NCBI RefSeq assembly: GCF_006345805.1
Contig: NC_043006.1
Location: 55,676,001 to 55,740,000, forward strand
Source of the DNA: Octopus sinensis
Taxonomy: Eukaryota
Length of the DNA stretch: 64,000 nucleotides
Direction of reading: 5' to 3'
The notes under the pieces are model-generated. The model worked only from the letters and a program-made list of their open reading frames with translations, had not been told where the DNA came from and did no database searches. Positions 26,055 to 39,423 of this stretch are shown piece after piece. The first letter of the stretch is position 1. Every line of letters begins with the position of its first letter. Position numbers and translations under genes: made by a program.

Positions 26055-27484
26055 ACACACACACACACACACACAAAGACACACACACATCAGTAAGTGC
26101 AGACGAAGCTCGCTTGTAACACATTCCTGCTCATGGAAAAAGCTTTCGCTGTCGAATTTTATCTTACAGACAAAAATTCTCCTTAGAGACTTTGTGTGTA
26201 AAAGCACATCACACTCCAAATGATTCCAACGGATTGTCAGATACCAGTAATTCGGCTGACTTCCTCCATCTCAGACACTGAGTTCTTTCTTTGAAGCTGG
26301 ATACGAATTTTTGTTCTTCTTACAAAAATTTATAAACAAAGCATTGATTGATGTGTGCTAAAGTTTACTTACATCATTTGGAGCATGTTTTTTTACTAAA
26401 AAAAGTCTCTAAGTACTTTTTCGTCTCAGTGAATGTCATTTCCACGTTTATGCGTACAGAAAGTGTTATAAATAGATACACGCATCTTGATGTTGATCCT
26501 CACAATTTGATATGCGTATATTGATTTAATTCCAAATTGGCGAAAATTTGCACCCACAACCAAATAATTGACCCGCAGATTTCTGTATGGGGAGAGAGGA
26601 AACTACTCAGCATTAAACTCAGAGTTACAAGATGCTGTACAATTAATTTAAAACAATGTAATTAAACAGGTTTTACATTTGACAGATTAATCTGAATGTT
26701 AAAAGGTTAAATTAATATTATATTTATGGATCATTATGAGAATCCATTTATTCAATGTATTGTTATGAAATATTATGGCGGTGGTTCGGAGATATCACTC
26801 TAGACTCCACATCTAGTCATACATGTATTAGATCGCTGTAGGATAAGAAAAAGTGAAGTGAGCGATATTTACCAGTATACACTTAGTCTGTAATTAGCTT
26901 TTACACACCTGTTTAAGAAATATAACAATTCTTTCTGGCATTCGGCATGCACTTGCCTACTATTCGAATTCATTTGCGCCTACTCTTTCTACATATTTCT
27001 GTCTACTTTCAACCTGATATTTATATAAAACTTACTCTTACTTATCAATTTTCATATTCACCTCTGATGAATATTACATTTTGCTAATGAAATGTAGATA
27101 TAAATTCAAAGAATAATAAATTACTCAAACTGATTATATATGTGCTGGTAGCGTCTAAAAGATAATGCTTCTTAATCATTCACCTTTGATAATTGTAGCT
27201 TAGACCAGGAGCCATTATTGTCAACGGACGGTCACATCAGTATCTTCTGGCATTATTACTTTCTAATGAACAAAAGGTTTAGGAAACTAATGAGAAGTTG
27301 CATTGAATAATTAATAAGTCAAAATGATTTATAAACATATTATCAAACGTACTCCAAAGAGGCTGGGTTTGATCTGCGTAGGCTATGTAGTAATATCAAT
27401 AAATAGAGTGCACTTGTCCTGAGGAGTGGAAAAATATGTGTGTATGTATATGTATGTGCATGCATGCATGCATGCATATCTATA

Positions 27485-27551
<67 letters not shown>

Positions 27552-27821
27552 ATGTGTGTGTGTGTGTAGCTATATGTATATATATGTATATATATGCGTG
27601 TGTGTATAGTCATAAATGGCAGTGAAATAGTTTGATAAAAGTTTATTTAGCAATAACAAATTTCAAGTGTCACTATACATTGCTTCGTAAGTTTAAAACA
27701 TGTAAATAGTCTTGTATCATACTATATATTTATATTCTATGTTTTATGTTTTGTAGAATGATACATTAAGGAGCTTCTTTTATGAATACTACGGGATTAG
27801 TTGAATCCACATATTGCGACT

Positions 27822-27964
27822 AACATATGGCTTAGTTGTTAGGGTGTCAGCACCATGATTGTAAGATTGTGGTTTCGATTCCTGGACCGGGCGACGGGTT
27901 GTGTTCTTGAGCAAAACACTTCATTTCACGTTGCTCCAGTCCACTCAACAGGCAAAAATGAGTA
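27822..27964 (+). mobile_element. tRNA-derived CORE-like SINE head
   Basis: A-box-like tggcttagttgttag and B-box ggtttcgattcc, then gtgttcttgagcaaaacact...aaaatgagta. Confidence 0.6.
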
Positions 27965-28080
27965 ACGCTGCAATGGAATTAATATATATATTTAAAAACA
28001 TATTTAAAGTTTTCCATACACCCATTTTCATTAAAATTCACCTTCAATTTAGCATTCTGCCTTTTTATAATTTTTCCTTG

Positions 28081-28127
<47 letters not shown>

Positions 28128-28209
28128 TTACACACACACACATATATACACCTCTGTATATATACATGTATATATACATATATATATATACACACACACA
28201 CATATATAT

Positions 28210-28280
<71 letters not shown>

Positions 28281-28748
28281 TATATGTTTGTGTGTGTGTG
28301 TGTGTGTGTGTAGGAAAAATAGAAGTTGAAAATGCACAGAGAATACTTAAAATATTTTTATTATCATATTTATAGATTTAACCGGTTTTACAGTTTACAC
28401 TGATTTTCAAAATAATTGAAATAGAAAGACGTGGCTTATGTCGCAGCTATCTTATTAAAGCTTTAGATATAATAATAAAAATATTTTGACTATTCCCAGT
28501 GCATTTTCAACTTATTTTCCCTTTATTTCTACGCATTATAACTTGTATAACCGTTATTTATATGTAGTTTGCCAAGGTTTCGTGTAAGAATTAGACGCTA
28601 CTCTCAGTCTATGGCTTTTTTACATTCTTAAGACCAAGTTGAATACGAAACTAAGTAGTGAAGACAGCCATTTGTTGAAATCTCGTGTGAGAAGATAAAG
28701 TTTATGAAAAAAATTAGACAAAGTTCGTTTCCTTATAGAGAAGAAAAT

Positions 28749-28965
28749 GCGGCGAGCTGGCAGAGTCATTAGCACGCCGGACAAAATGCTTAGCAATATT
28801 ATCGTACGTCTTTATGTTCTGAGTTTAAATTCCGCTGATGTCAACTTTACCTTAAATCCATTCGGGGTCTATAAGTTAAGTAAGTGTCAAACACTGGGGT
28901 CATTGTAATAGAACATCACCCCTACCACTACTCCTATTGTGGAAAATTTCAGGCCTAAATTAGAA
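28749..28965 (+). mobile_element. SINE (family of 964-1178)
   Basis: gcggcgagctggcagagtcattagcacgccgg...gttctgagtttaaattccgc. Confidence 0.7.
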
Positions 28966-29703
28966 AGGAGTTTGGAGTAGTTATATATGGTCTACGTGCG
29001 GTAAATCTGTAAATCACTGTGTTAGATTCTTTTCCATCTGCGACATTAAGTCATGTAAAACTATATTTTTTTAACCCTTTAGTCAGGAGGACCATATATT
29101 GTTTTTGAAGGGTAGAAATATAGAGTATGACATAAAGTGCTGAGTTATTGAAAATATTAATCTCATATAATGGAATCAAGAAATACAATTTGAGATATAC
29201 AGATTCTATAAGGTTTTAAACATCCTAATAGTATTGTCTCAACTCTACGAATGAAATCTTCAAAAGATGTCCCTGCATGGACAGATACGTAATAGTCAAT
29301 TGGAATACCCAACCTCTAAACCACATACTAAATTCTGAAACTGCAACACTATGAAGGGCTCTTTCACATGTGTTATATTTCTTTATTTTTCTTATTTTCC
29401 CTTCAACTTTCCCAATTCTTTTTCTTATTTCTGCCGCTTTTATTTCTGCCGATGAATATGAAATAAAAAGAAGCTAAGTAGAGTCACTGGTAACCTACTT
29501 ATGTATAATTGTGTCACACTGATTATGAAGTAAATATTTCTTCTTTCAACTAATCTGAGTTCACGTCATATTTCTTGTCAGAAATCAAGTGAAATAATAA
29601 CTGGTTCGTTGGAAACATCTACCCAGCGACATTACTGTTACATGATTTATCGAATGCAATGTGTGTGTGTGAATGTGTGACTGTGTAAGTTGATGCTACT
29701 ACA

Positions 29704-29832
29704 ACTCTTCTTCTTCTTCTTCTTCTTCTTCTTCTTCTTCTTCTTCTTCTTCTTCTCCTCCTTCTCCCCTCCTTCTCCTCCTCCTCCCCCTTCTTCTTCT
29801 TCTTCTTCTTCTTCTTCTTCTTCTTCTTCTTC
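29704..29832. repeat. (CTT)n/(CCT)n microsatellite just upstream of the GPCR acceptor
   Basis: Directly visible. Confidence 0.9.
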
Positions 29833-29881
29833 AACATGATCATCGTTATTATCATTACTCTGTGCTTATTTTCTTTTGCAG

Positions 29882-31003
29882 GTGATGTGCAAAATCTATT
29901 ACTTCGCCCATTATATGAGTCTCACCGTACCCGTTTTACTGTTGACCGTTATTTCAATGGAACGTTACGTGGCCATCTTGCATCCTCTGAAAGCCAAGCA
30001 GCTGTTCACCTTTAGACGATTTCGTATTGTTCAAATACTAATTTGGTTGTTGATGGTGGCTTACAACTCTCCTCAGCTGATTGATTATGACACCTTCACA
30101 ATAGGTAGCTACACGTATTGCTACATGAGATCAGAAAAAATTCAAACCAACGTGTATGTATTAGCTAATCTGATTATTTGGTATATCATTCCGCTGGTAG
30201 TGCTAACATTTATGTATATAAAAATAGCAGCAGCACTTTGGCGTAGCAGCAACAGCAGCCTGAACGTAGCATTGAACACAAAATCGGGTAGCAGTATTAA
30301 ATACAACACGAATATTAGCACGAGTGAGCCGGGCAATATGATACACTACACTTCTACAACAACTACGTTGGTGCTGAAGGAGAATTCGATAAAAGAAATG
30401 GACGCAGAAGTGATACAGTTACATCGTAACGTAAAGGATATGATGAAACATCACAGCTTTTGTCAAAGCAGTTTACCTATGTCAGAAGCTCAGACGGAGC
30501 AAGAATCCATATCTGATTATGAATCACAAATCGAAAATGAAAGAAATATAATTTACACCAAAACACCACAAAGTTTCACTGAAAGAGCGAAACAAAGCAA
30601 GACGACTGTTCACAAAAATAGAGACCATAGTCAACATTTTTCATTTAAGAAATCATCTTCTACGAATTCTAACACAAGTCAGTGTGATTCTCCGTATTCA
30701 GAAAGAGACGTTCAAATCCACTATCCAAGAATCAGTACACACAAAGTTATTGAAGCTCGTAAAAAAGTCATCATACTTTTAATTATGATCATTTGTTCAT
30801 TTGCAGTTCTGGCTTTACCTTATCATATTCGATCCTGTCTCTACTTGTGGATTGACACGACTTCCCTGGGCAGTCTTCTTTCTCCAATTTGTTACTTGCT
30901 GTACTACGCTAACAGCGGCTTAAACCCGCTCCTTTACGCTTTGCTTTCCGAAAACTTCCGAAGGAGTTTCAGAGACTCTTTTAGTTGTAGAAGAAAAAGA
31001 TAA
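29882..31003 (+). CDS. TrissinR: Terminal coding exon of the trissin receptor-like GPCR (TM3-TM7, long ICL3)
   Basis: ttttgcAG acceptor in phase 0, matching the 21407 donor. VMCK, ISMERYVAILHPL (DRY-like), WYIIPL, LPYHIR, NSGLNPLLYALLSENFRR (NPxxY). Stop TAA at 31003. The motif set resembles arthropod trissin receptors. Confidence 0.92.
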   Translation: MMCKIYYFAHYMSLTVPVLLLTVISMERYVAILHPLKAKQLFTFRRFRIVQILIWLLMVAYNSPQLIDYDTFTIGSYTYCYMRSEKIQTNVYVLANLIIWYIIPLVVLTFMYIKIAAALWRSSNSSLNVALNTKSGSSIKYNTNISTSEPGNMIHYTSTTTTLVLKENSIKEMDAEVIQLHRNVKDMMKHHSFCQSSLPMSEAQTEQESISDYESQIENERNIIYTKTPQSFTERAKQSKTTVHKNRDHSQHFSFKKSSSTNSNTSQCDSPYSERDVQIHYPRISTHKVIEARKKVIILLIMIICSFAVLALPYHIRSCLYLWIDTTSLGSLLSPICYLLYYANSGLNPLLYALLSENFRRSFRDSFSCRRKR

Positions 31004-31662
31004 ATATTTCTCTCATTCCCTTTCCTATTGTACCTATTACTTCAATTAATTTATGCCAAATTTTAAAAAACGCTAACATGAACAACTAAAAATGTATCAT
31101 TTCTATATCTGAAAATTATAACTTACACGAGTGCATATATGTATGTGTGTGATGTATATTGAAATTTTGAGATTTATTTTGTCTGATCTAAGTGAATATA
31201 CTATTTTCAAAATCTCTTTATAAAATATTTAACTTCATATTTTCATCCATCTGTTCGATTTTCGTTTGCACATCGAGTAATACATTAGATCTACTGTGTC
31301 TCCGCGTCTGCTTTTATTACTTGCAAATTCCCTTTTTTTTTTCAACTTCGAAACAGACCATTGTTTACCTACTCTGTCTAGAATCTCGACATTTTCTTTT
31401 TGTTCTTTGCATTTATTCATTTTTGATGCGGAATCAAATTTATAAGGGGAGAAGGAGAGTGTTTCCTGTAATAAGTGTTGTGGTCGAAGTCTTTTCTGGT
31501 AAACAACATTTGGATAGGGTTAAAAGGAAATAGTGTGTACCACAAAGAATTGTGACTAAAGATATTTTGTAGGAACACTTAATTATCGATTTCACATTTT
31601 AATGTGGTATTGGGGCTGTTAAACATGTATTGATGAATGATCACATTTGGTGGGCTGCGTAT

Positions 31663-31720
<58 letters not shown>

Positions 31721-31796
31721 GATAATAATAATAAATACTGATGATGTATTCTCATACATTTTTAATAACGTGAAACAGTTGCATTTACATATACTA

Positions 31797-32592
<796 letters not shown>

Positions 32593-34034
32593 TACATATA
32601 GCAGTTGAATACCTGCATTAGCATTCAAAATATATCGACGCGTAATATGCTAAATACGAAAACAGTAATAAGTTCATACTCATTGAGAATAAATTAAGTA
32701 GAAAAACTGTGTACGCCTTATCACAAAACAGCCATGGTTTTCAGTGGTACATCAGGTCGTTCCAAGCAGAACAAGTAGAAAATATGGTAGCAACTATCAT
32801 GAATCTGAGCTACATAGTTCCGTGTTACGCTGGAGGTCGTTTTGAAAGGAAACGTAGAAGAGAGTGAGGGACCACGTCAAAGGTAGAGCAACAAGGCTCC
32901 GTGTTGACTTCTGGATTGTTCTATCTGGAATTCAATACACTGGCTTTTAATAATCCTAAAGGAGTTTCTAGAAAGTCCTACCAAATTATTTGGCGGGAAA
33001 TTCCGGCTTTCTTAGTTACAGTCCAGCCGATATGATGGGTTGAGCCATCTTCGCGTTCCCGACAATGTTTTTTATGGCGACATAATTGATTCTTTCAAAC
33101 TAAACCTTACCTCTTATAACAGTATGGTAGACTGTGGCCTTGAGCTAATATTTTCTAAGAATGTATTAAGCGCAATGTTTCAAAACTAAGCATGTGTCTC
33201 ACTACAATGTTATAGCGCAAAACAACACATTTAAAAGAGAATGGCATTGTCGATTGAGTATATTGCCTTACTTGCTAGTGTTTTCTGGCTCAAAATGATC
33301 CAGGAAAGTTTCATTATTTCTATCGTATCGATCGAAATAACAGGTATCAACAATTAAGGGATTTCCTTTCAGCGTTCTAACTTAAAAATCTGAAAATTAT
33401 GACTGAGATCTGAGTCACGACTCAAATAATTTAATCAGAATAGACTCTCCTAAATGTCACTAGGGATCAGTTGATCGCGTTAAACCAGACAATGGATTAA
33501 GCATACCACCCCAAAATAGGTACTGTCAACTAGGCTGTTTCTGCACAGTTTTAGTTCCCTGTATTTTACTCAAAAGTTTTGCGGACACAAGACTCTGGTA
33601 GAGGACATTTATCCAAGATGCTGTGTAGGGGGATCGAATATAAGACCACGTGAGTGTTTGGATAGCTCCTTCATCATACAACCATGCTTTTGAAGAAATT
33701 TTATTCATTATTTTCCCTTTATTCGCGAACTTTGTTATAAGAAACATCCCTTTAACTCCAAATATTGATATCCTTTTTAATTACAATATTGACTGTAGCG
33801 ATTTTTTAGATTTCTTCCCATACTGAAATTATTTTCCCGGTACTATGTATGAATAGTGTAAGACAGTTATCTCGGTAATTATGAAATTTTATAAGCGATT
33901 TGAAATTAGCTTAACTCATTCTAAAATATCCAAATATATTGATATACAAAGGAGTGACAGAAGGAGAAAGGAATAAATGGAAAGACAAAAAAATACTACA
34001 AGAAACTATCACATTTCCACCAGCCAGGCAAAAG

Positions 34035-34116
34035 TCTTCGCTACATCTGCGTCACCTGCCAGAGGGAGTGTTTCTCGAGGATACGACTACACAGCCACAG
34101 CAGGAGATGTAAATGA
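34035..34116 (+). mobile_element. RTE LINE C-terminal zinc-finger remnant
   Basis: LRYICVTCQRECFSRIRLHSHSRRCK*. Confidence 0.6.
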
Positions 34117-34680
34117 CATGAAATGTAAAAACCAGATTGAATTATTTTATGTGCAACTCCATTGTCTCCAGAGACAAAAGGCTGCCAACAACAACAATGT
34201 GTACTTATATACATACACAGGAATGTACCAGAGAAAACTTGCTGTCTCTTCAAACTAACAAATTAAAGAAGTGGTTAGGAAACCGAAGTGGAAAGGAAGT
34301 AAAACTGTCACAGCATCAAACACACCATTTCTATGTCACAGGGAGAACACAAACTTATATTGCTGTCAGTAATGGCATTATCACTCATTAATATGCTGTT
34401 TCTTATCAAGTAACTTCTCAAGTATGTATTTGAATACCTCCACGAAACAATGCATTAAGCTTTAATCATATAGTCATCAACAAACACATACACTCAAGTG
34501 TAAATATACACCAATGCATACAAACATCTCTAATTCACTCGTTCTCACTCCCTTTGTGTGCGCGCACAAACGCATATTCTGAATGTGTATAAATCTATAT
34601 ATATATATAGAATATTACAACATATATCCATATACAGAATAATATGAATAACATAATATAATGTAATATAACATAGTATA

Positions 34681-34713
<33 letters not shown>

Positions 34714-34977
34714 CTTACATATATAAATAGATATATGTATATATACATATATATGTATGTATACATATATATATATCTATATATATACATATAATTATAT
34801 ATATATATAAGTATACATACATATATATGTATATATATATATATGTATATATACATATATATGTATATATATATATGCATATGTATATATATGTATATAT
34901 ATATACATATATATACATGTATATATATTTATACATGTATATATATATATATATATATACGTATATATACATATGCC

Positions 34978-35063
<86 letters not shown>

Positions 35064-35065
35064 CA

Positions 35066-35097
<32 letters not shown>

Positions 35098-35289
35098 CAC
35101 ACACACATATATATATATGCACAAACAAATATATAGTTATAAATAAGAGCAACAGAAAAAACTCGTGTGTGAATATATAGAGAAATAGACTTTAAATCGT
35201 CAATCACCACATACAATATAGATCACTATAAATACACATCGTGTTGACTCAAGGAAAGCAAGCTAATAGAATTTTTTTAAAATTCATTA

Positions 35290-35347
35290 TCCCTGTATTG
35301 AACGATTTCGGGATTAATCCAACGGATTTTCCACTCATCAGCAGAGA
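35290..35347 (-). ncRNA. Type I hammerhead ribozyme motif
   Basis: tctctg-CTGATGA-gtggaaaatccgttggattaatccc-GAAA-tcgttcaa-TA-caggga; helix I 6 bp. Confidence 0.7.
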
Positions 35348-35748
35348 ATATGATAATAAATAAATGAAATACTTACAAGCACCCATGGAAAAAAAGCAGA
35401 AGCAAAATTCATGAGTACACATAAGCACCCCAAGTATATCTAAATATAAATTCCGTAGCAAGCCTCAACACACGTGTAATCGGTCAGGAGCCACAAGTTA
35501 GAGTGGTCACCAGTCCCGAAGTGAATGGTAATAAATTTACTTCTAATATAGGATAAAAAGATTTCATCAAGTGGTCAGCATATTAAAATACCTTTTAAGG
35601 TGAAAACTATAAATAATTAAAAAGAACGGTAAAAGAAAAAAATTCTATGCCAATATGCTGAGAAATAGACTTTAAATCGTCTATCACCACATAAAATATA
35701 CATCACTCAAAGAAAGCAAGCTAACAGAATTTTTAAAAGCATTCATTA

Positions 35749-35807
35749 TCTCCGTATCGAACGATTTGGGGATTGATCCAACGGATTTTCCCACTCATCA
35801 GCAGAGA
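35749..35807 (-). ncRNA. Type I hammerhead motif, GAAA mutated to CAAA
   Basis: tctctg-CTGATGA-gtgggaaaatccgttggatcaatccc-CAAA-tcgttcga-TA-cggaga. Confidence 0.55.
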
Positions 35808-36112
35808 ATATGATGAGTAATAAATGAAATACTTACAAACACCCGTTGGATTAATCCCGAAATTGTTCAATACAGAGAAAATGAATTTTTAAAAAATTAT
35901 GTTAGCTTGCTTTCCTCAAGTCAATACGATGTGCATTTATAGTGATGTATATTGTATTTATCAGCATATTGGCATAGAAATGATTTCTTTTGCCCTTATT
36001 TATAATTGTTTGTAATTTTCACCTTAAAAGGTATTTTAATATGTTGGCACTTGATGAAATTTTGAAAAAACTTTATCCTATAATAGAGGGAAACACAAAT
36101 ATATATCATATA

Positions 36113-36186
<74 letters not shown>

Positions 36187-36351
36187 CATGTATATATAGC
36201 TACATAGATATATGTTTATGTACGTATATATATACATATATATATATATACACACATATACACAGACATACACACACACATGTATGTGTGTATATATATA
36301 TATACATATATATACATACACACATATACACAGACATACACACACACACAC

Positions 36352-36418
<67 letters not shown>

Positions 36419-36422
36419 CATA

Positions 36423-36989
36423 CACTTGCGTCGGAAATTAATTAGCACTTCTCAAATTTCTACATTTTCTTACATTTTCTTAATTTAATTAACTTATTAT
36501 CAGAAACGAACTCGTTTTTAATCAAAAATTTATTAAAACATATCCCAGCACACCACATAATTGTTATTAATCGTGAAATTTAGTCAATATCTTGTTGCTC
36601 CTCCTTTGGCAGCAATGACAGCTGCTACGCGGGTCGGCATGCTGTCTATGAGTGCCTGCAGGTACTGTGCAGGGATGGCCCCTCATGCAGCAAGAAGTGC
36701 CCCAAACAGCTCGTGTCGGTTCCTGTATTGCTGCACATTCAAATCCCTACCCAATCGACTCCAGAGGTTCTCAATAGGGTTCAGGTCAGGTGACTGGCCA
36801 GCACGTACTCCTCGCCACCAAAGAGGTATCCCGTACTATCTCAACGTACTTTGCTGCGTTGATGTTTCCTTCGACGGCATAGAGCCACCCAACACCACTG
36901 TAGCTGAACGCCCCTCACACCATCAGACCACCCCCACCATGCTTCATGGTGAGCAAATCAAGGGTGCTAATTAATTTCTGACGGTAGTG
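36423..36989 (-). mobile_element. Non-autonomous Tc1 deletion derivative
   Basis: TA-flanked TIRs cacttgcgtcggaaattaattagcac / gtgctaattaatttctgacggtagtg. Pieces MKHGGGGLMV, SPDLNPIENLW and DSMPTRVAAVIAAKGGATRY*. Confidence 0.85.
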
Positions 36990-37335
36990 TACATATATGT
37001 GCAATTATATGACTTTTAAGCCTAGCTAAACTGTGCAGGCTGGCAAGAAAAACTGGTGCCTCCATATGCACTCTCTTAACATCTTTTCAGACCTCCATCT
37101 GGGAGGCACGCCCTTCCATATTTTACACATGTTCTGTTATGAATTTTAATAGACACATCACTGTGTATCATGGGTCAATTTCTTTGAGATTTTTGTTGGC
37201 TCACCAGGGCTGCACGACTCAAACACCTCCTCCTGCAAACCACACACACAAAAAGCAACACTCTCTCACTTTCCACAGGTTTCTCCTTCTAAGCCCTCTC
37301 CTAATTTTCTCATATATATACTTGTATATATATAC

Positions 37336-37374
<39 letters not shown>

Positions 37375-37551
37375 CATACATATATATACATATATGTATA
37401 TGTAGATATTTACATATATATATGTATTTATGTATATATATGTGTATATATATATATATATATAAGTATATATGTACATATATATATATATACATATATA
37501 TATATGTACTTGTATGTATACACGTATATATATAAACACATACATACACAT

Positions 37552-37586
<35 letters not shown>

Positions 37587-37670
37587 AATCTATCTATCTA
37601 TCTATATATATGCTTATATATGTACATACATAGATACATACATACATACATACATACATACATACATACA

Positions 37671-37756
<86 letters not shown>

Positions 37757-37813
37757 AAAAATATAAATATATGAAAGAATGGAGTTGAACAACGAATTAA
37801 CAAAATTCCTTTA

Positions 37814-37896
37814 TTTTCGACATATGTTTCGAAGGCTGCATATTCCTAATTGCGAAGGAATGAGGAGTACATTATGCCGCTTTCTCATCAGGAAAA
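37814..37896 (-). ncRNA. Type I hammerhead ribozyme motif
   Basis: ttttc-CTGATGA-gaaagcggcata...tatgcagccttc-GAAA-catatg-TC-gaaaa; palindromic ACATATGT helix III, GUC triplet. Confidence 0.75.
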
Positions 37897-38026
37897 ACAA
37901 GGAACTTATGTCAACATCAAAATGCACAAAAAGCTTTTAGATGATTGCCCATAGCGATAATGGACTCTGTGTGAGCAATCATCTAAAAGTTTTTTGTGCA
38001 TTTTGATGTTGACATAAGTTCCTTGC

Positions 38027-38109
38027 TTTTCCTGATGAGAAACCGGCATAATGTACTCCTCATTCCTTCGCAATTAGGAATATGCAGCCTTCGAAACATA
38101 TATCGAAAA
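38027..38109 (+). ncRNA. Type I hammerhead motif, helix III mutated (catata-TC)
   Basis: Mirror of 37814-37896 with the C15.2-G16.2 pair lost. Confidence 0.55.
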
Positions 38110-38432
38110 TAAAGGAATTTTGTTAATTCGTCGTTCAACTCCATTCTTTCATATATTTATATTTTTAAAATAAACATACCAATTTCCACACGAAGGCACG
38201 TAATCTATGCTCTAGGCACGTAACTTCAACTGTGTTTTTTCTGATGTGAATTTGCTACCCAGGTATCGGTTAATTCGAATTATCCATAATAAGATAATTC
38301 ATTCAACTACTCAAATATATATATATATATATACACACATATATGTTTGTATGTATGTATGTATGTATATATGTACATACATACATACATACATAAATAT
38401 ATATATATGTGTATATATATATATATATATAT

Positions 38433-38466
<34 letters not shown>

Positions 38467-38488
38467 TATATGTATGTATGTATGTACA

Positions 38489-38556
<68 letters not shown>

Positions 38557-38557
<1 letters not shown>

Positions 38558-39030
38558 TGGCAGAAACGTTAGCACGCCGGGCGGAATGCTTAGCGGTATT
38601 TCGTCTGTCAGAGGGCGGCGAGCTGGCAGAAACGTTAGCACGCTGGGCGAAATGCTTAGCGGTATTTCGTCTGCGTTACGTTGTGAGTTCAAATTCCGCC
38701 GAGGTCGACTTTGCCTTTTATCCTTTCGGGGTCGATAAATTAAGTACCAGTTACGCACTGGGGTCGATGTAATCGACTTAATACCTATGTCTGTCCTTGT
38801 TTGTCCCCTCTGTGTTTAGCCCCTTGTGGGTAATAAAGAAATAGGTATTTCCTCTGTCTTCATGTTCTGAGTTCAAATTCCGCCGTGGTCAACTTTGCCT
38901 TACATCCTTTCGGGGTCGATTAAATAAGTACCAGATACGCACTGATTTCGATATAGTCGACTTAATCCGTTTGTCTGCCCTTATTTGTCACCTCTGTGTG
39001 TAGCCCCTTATGGGCAGTAAAGAAATAAGA
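38557..39030 (+). mobile_element. Tandem/partially duplicated SINE copies (family of 964-1178)
   Basis: Head duplicated (38557, about 38613) and body duplicated (to about 38840, and 38844-39030). Confidence 0.8.
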
Positions 39031-39093
39031 TAGGTAGAGAGATAGATAAATAAATTCTGTTAGAATGTCTCATTGATGTGTTTGGTTTCTCTC

Positions 39094-39181
39094 CTTCACC
39101 GATGAGAAGATTGCATTGTTTTACACCATTTTATTCCTTCTGGAATTATAACAATGTTTTCTTCGTAACACATGTCGGAAG
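39094..39181 (+). ncRNA. Decayed hammerhead motif of the 37.8/56.8-kb family
   Basis: cttca-CCGATGA-gaagattgcattgtt...aacaatgttttcttc-GTAA-cacatg-TC-ggaag, followed by the family motifs aactccatt and tttgctaccctggta. Confidence 0.45.
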
Positions 39182-39383
39182 TAATAATATTTGAATAACA
39201 CCTGCGTTTAACTCCATTTATTTATTTATCTATATTATATAAATCATTTCACCTAAACCTGAAGTTTCTACTTTTATAATAGGCTGTTACATCTTTGGTA
39301 CTTGTGTGAATTTTTGCTACCCTGGTAACTATTTATTCATTTTTTCCGTGTTATTTGTAAACTGAAAAAAACGCACATACATT

Positions 39384-39419
<36 letters not shown>

Positions 39420-39423
39420 TATA

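Larger units (their letters stand above)
35180..36057 (-). mobile_element. Non-coding tandem + inverted element carrying hammerhead motifs (PLE pLTR / retrozyme-like)
   Basis: Direct repeats start at 35180 and 35660; an inverted mosaic copy lies at 35843-36057; flanked by (TA)n. Confidence 0.75.
37751..38305. mobile_element. Miniature PLE-type fold-back: 198-bp arms, 26-bp spacer, about 130-bp 3' tail
   Basis: 37751-37948 pairs with 37975-38172. The tail tttgctacccaggtatcggttaa resembles that of the 56761-60725 element. Lies between (TA)n tracts. Confidence 0.85.

Noticed and set aside
27058-27120. CTGATGA followed by a paired helix II-like stem
   Set aside because: GAAA is mutated and there is no helix I; too decayed to call.
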